From positions 1-38,549 of the forward strand of contig DHPR01000030.1 of the NCBI GenBank assembly GCA_002410925.1: DNA of 38,549 nucleotides, read 5' to 3'. Under the pieces are notes generated by a model. It was not told where the DNA came from, did not search any database, and saw only the letters and a list, made by a program, of their open reading frames with translations. Positions 36,357 through 38,549 of this stretch are shown piece after piece. The stretch's first letter is position 1; the number at the start of each line of letters is the position of its first letter. Position numbers and translations under genes: made by a program. The stretch comes from a bacterium UBP13_UBA5359. Lineage in GTDB: Bacteria; UBP13; UBA5359.

Positions 36357-37228
36357 AAATACTTCCGCCGGATCTCTGCTTTGGGCAGATCCCTTCTCCT
36401 TATTCAGATTATAACCCTGCCGGCATAGTGGTCATTCCTACACCATATGAAGCCACCACCACATATATGCAGGGAACCGGCCAGGGTCCTCAGGCTATCC
36501 TGAATGCCTCCTTTCAAGTAGAACTATATGATGAAGAGCTCCGGCTGGAGCCTTATCGCCAAGGCATTGCCACGCTTGGCGCCTTGAAACTGCCCTCTGC
36601 TCCGGCGGATGCCTTGCCGGCTATCGAGAAGACTATAAGAGAGACTCTGAATAATGAAAAGCTTCCTTTTATGCTGGGCGGGGAGCACACCATTACGCTG
36701 GCAGGTATTAGGGCCTGCCAATCATATTTCGAAGCCCTGGGGATAATACACCTTGATGCGCACGCCGATCTACGCGACAGCTATCTGGGCGAAAGCATCA
36801 ATCACGCTACCGTTTTGAGACGCTCTTCGGAGATCTGTCCTGCACTAGGCCTGGGCATAAGAAGCATGAGTGCAGAAGAAGCAGAATTCCTTGACTCTGC
36901 CGGCCATATCACCATCATAACTGCTGCCGAGATGCTGGCCGGAACCGACTGGCTTTCCAAGCTATCTGCTCTACCGGATAGCATATATCTGACTGTTGAT
37001 ATCGATGTTTTAGACCCGTCGGAGATGCCGGCTGTGGGCACGCCGGAGCCGGGCGGGTTGCACTGGCATGATTTGCTGGCCATCTTGAAAGCAATTGCAA
37101 AAACCAAGAGAATTGCAGCCGCGGATATTGTAGAACTCTGCCCACCGGCGGGGCAGGCCTACGCATCCTTTACCGCCGCTAAGCTGGCATATCGCCTTAT
37201 GGGATATATTGCCGCACCAGAACAATAA
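36353..37228 (+). CDS. speB: Agmatinase (ureohydrolase family)
   Basis: GGEHT, HLDAHADLRD, DIDVLDP, GTPEPGG and DIVEL. Confidence 0.92.
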   Translation: MKILPPDLCFGQIPSPYSDYNPAGIVVIPTPYEATTTYMQGTGQGPQAILNASFQVELYDEELRLEPYRQGIATLGALKLPSAPADALPAIEKTIRETLNNEKLPFMLGGEHTITLAGIRACQSYFEALGIIHLDAHADLRDSYLGESINHATVLRRSSEICPALGLGIRSMSAEEAEFLDSAGHITIITAAEMLAGTDWLSKLSALPDSIYLTVDIDVLDPSEMPAVGTPEPGGLHWHDLLAILKAIAKTKRIAAADIVELCPPAGQAYASFTAAKLAYRLMGYIAAPEQ

Positions 37229-37239
37229 GCTCTTCTCTC

Positions 37240-38424
37240 TTATGCCCCGAATAATCGTCTTATTCTGCTAAAGAGCGCCCCTCGCTTCTGCTCATCGATA
37301 ATCTGTGCATCCTCATCATGGAGAACGACTCGAGCTATTTTCGCCACGCTCTTACTTATTTCGTTTTCAGGTTGCGTTAAGACAAAGGGCTGCCCGTGAT
37401 TGGCTGCCTTGACTACGCACTCACCGCCGCTTGGCATTTGAGCGATAAAGCATTCCCCCAGGAGATTCTCCGCATCCTCTACCCGGACTCCGAGATCCTT
37501 GTTGGTGGCCCTGTTTAATACCAGCTCAATTTTGCTCTTGTCGTAACCTAATGAAGCCATTATTTCCAAACAGGTACGGGTATTGCGCAAAGCCAGTAGC
37601 TCCAGCGACGTCACTAAAAGAATATTATTCGAACAATCCAAAGCAGCCAGCATATTGTCGTTAAGATTGGAAGAGCTGTCTATCACTACCAAATACCCGT
37701 TCTTCTTTAAAGCGTCGATAATACTTCTTATGTCTCTATCGGATACCCGCTCGCTATCTTCCGGACGCTGTGAAGCCGGTAATACCCTTATTCCTGAGGA
37801 GTGCCTCATCAGAAAGCTTTCGAGAAATTCGTTATCAAGATTATCTATTCTGGAAAGCAGGTCTATGATAGTTCTGGCAGGAGATAAATTCAACATCAGA
37901 TCGACACCGGGAAATTGAAGATTCAGGTCCACCAACACGACCTTTTGCCCGAATTGTCTGGCAAACGTAATAGCCAGATTTACAGCCAGCATGGTTTTAC
38001 CTATGCCGCCTGAAGGGCTATATACAGTAACAACATGGCCTTTCGATGCCTGCTCCGTGCTCTTATCCCTGGATACGATATTTCGGCTGGAAGCGAGAAT
38101 AACAGCCTTTTTCAAGGCATAAAGAAGATTATCGATATCCACCGGCTGTGGCAAAAAATCAATTGCACCCAGCATTAAAGCTCGTTCCAGATCATCCGGA
38201 TGGCCATAAGCTATCAATCTGCCCCGGTCCAATTCACCCTTCTTAAAAGCCTTTTCCGCGTCGCTTATCGAGACCATAACTAAATCATATCCGGCGGTAA
38301 CTTTTTTTATTCCATCCTGATTGTCATAAACAGCTATTTCAGCATCGACCTGCCCGGAGAGAGCTTCCAGATCATCTGTGCCAAGCGTACCATCATTTAT
38401 AATAGAGATACGCATCCTTCCCAC
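37240..38424 (-). CDS. cpaE: CpaE/TadZ-like pilus localisation ATPase (degenerate receiver + MinD/ParA domain)
   Basis: Atypical REC N-terminus (ALMLGAIDFLPQP), then SPSGGIGKT.LAVNLA, LVDLNLQF, VLNR and AANHGQP. Confidence 0.8.
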   Translation of the reverse strand: MGRMRISIINDGTLGTDDLEALSGQVDAEIAVYDNQDGIKKVTAGYDLVMVSISDAEKAFKKGELDRGRLIAYGHPDDLERALMLGAIDFLPQPVDIDNLLYALKKAVILASSRNIVSRDKSTEQASKGHVVTVYSPSGGIGKTMLAVNLAITFARQFGQKVVLVDLNLQFPGVDLMLNLSPARTIIDLLSRIDNLDNEFLESFLMRHSSGIRVLPASQRPEDSERVSDRDIRSIIDALKKNGYLVVIDSSSNLNDNMLAALDCSNNILLVTSLELLALRNTRTCLEIMASLGYDKSKIELVLNRATNKDLGVRVEDAENLLGECFIAQMPSGGECVVKAANHGQPFVLTQPENEISKSVAKIARVVLHDEDAQIIDEQKRGALFSRIRRLFGA

Positions 38425-38491
38425 TCAATCGCCTCATTCCTTAGTACATATAGACTTAAATAATACCTATTTATAATGCCATACAAGGCTA

Positions 38492-38520
38492 ATTTTATGC
38501 TATTGAAGAGCAAAATGCAA
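38492..38520 (-). promoter_or_regulatory. Sigma70 promoter for the cpaE-like gene
   Basis: TTGCAT-17 bp-TAAAAT. Confidence 0.5.
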
Positions 38521-38549
38521 ATAGAGGAAGAAAAAGATATCCCGGCGGC

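Overview
Bacterial genomic window, mostly minus-strand. The DUF1559/H-X9-DG pilin-like gene resembles those of Armatimonadota or PVC lineages (inference). Contents in order: (1) 1-7.7 kb is an export-type cluster: a GspE/PilB ATPase, a small PD-(D/E)XK-like protein, a secreted TPR protein and a >1290-aa secreted protein. The last is missing from the ORF track because it runs off the left edge, and is built from tandem acidic modules resembling the Ca-binding middle domain of protein-arginine deiminases. (2) An intergenic region with overlapping divergent promoters and a candidate ~87-nt sRNA, then an orphan LytTR regulator. (3) A CcdA-like / C39-like / O-antigen-ligase-TPR operon, preceded by a probable 6S RNA. 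(4) A 14.6-kb carbohydrate-catabolism locus: GntR-LacI regulator, two Gfo/Idh/MocA oxidoreductases, C-N hydrolase, pilin-like protein, multi-CBM GH42-like enzyme, sugar-binding lipoprotein, GH57, TIM-barrel isomerase, radical SAM enzyme and MDR dehydrogenase. Three copies of a 16-bp palindromic operator candidate sit in its promoters. (5) gatCAB-leuCD(type 2) and an orphan DNA methyltransferase. (6) A SpeD-like / deoxyhypusine-synthase-like / agmatinase operon with no spermidine synthase, suggesting an arginine-to-homospermidine route. (7) A CpaE-like ATPase. No CRISPR array, tRNA, rRNA or transposase was recognised. All assignments are by-eye motif recognition; no searches were run.
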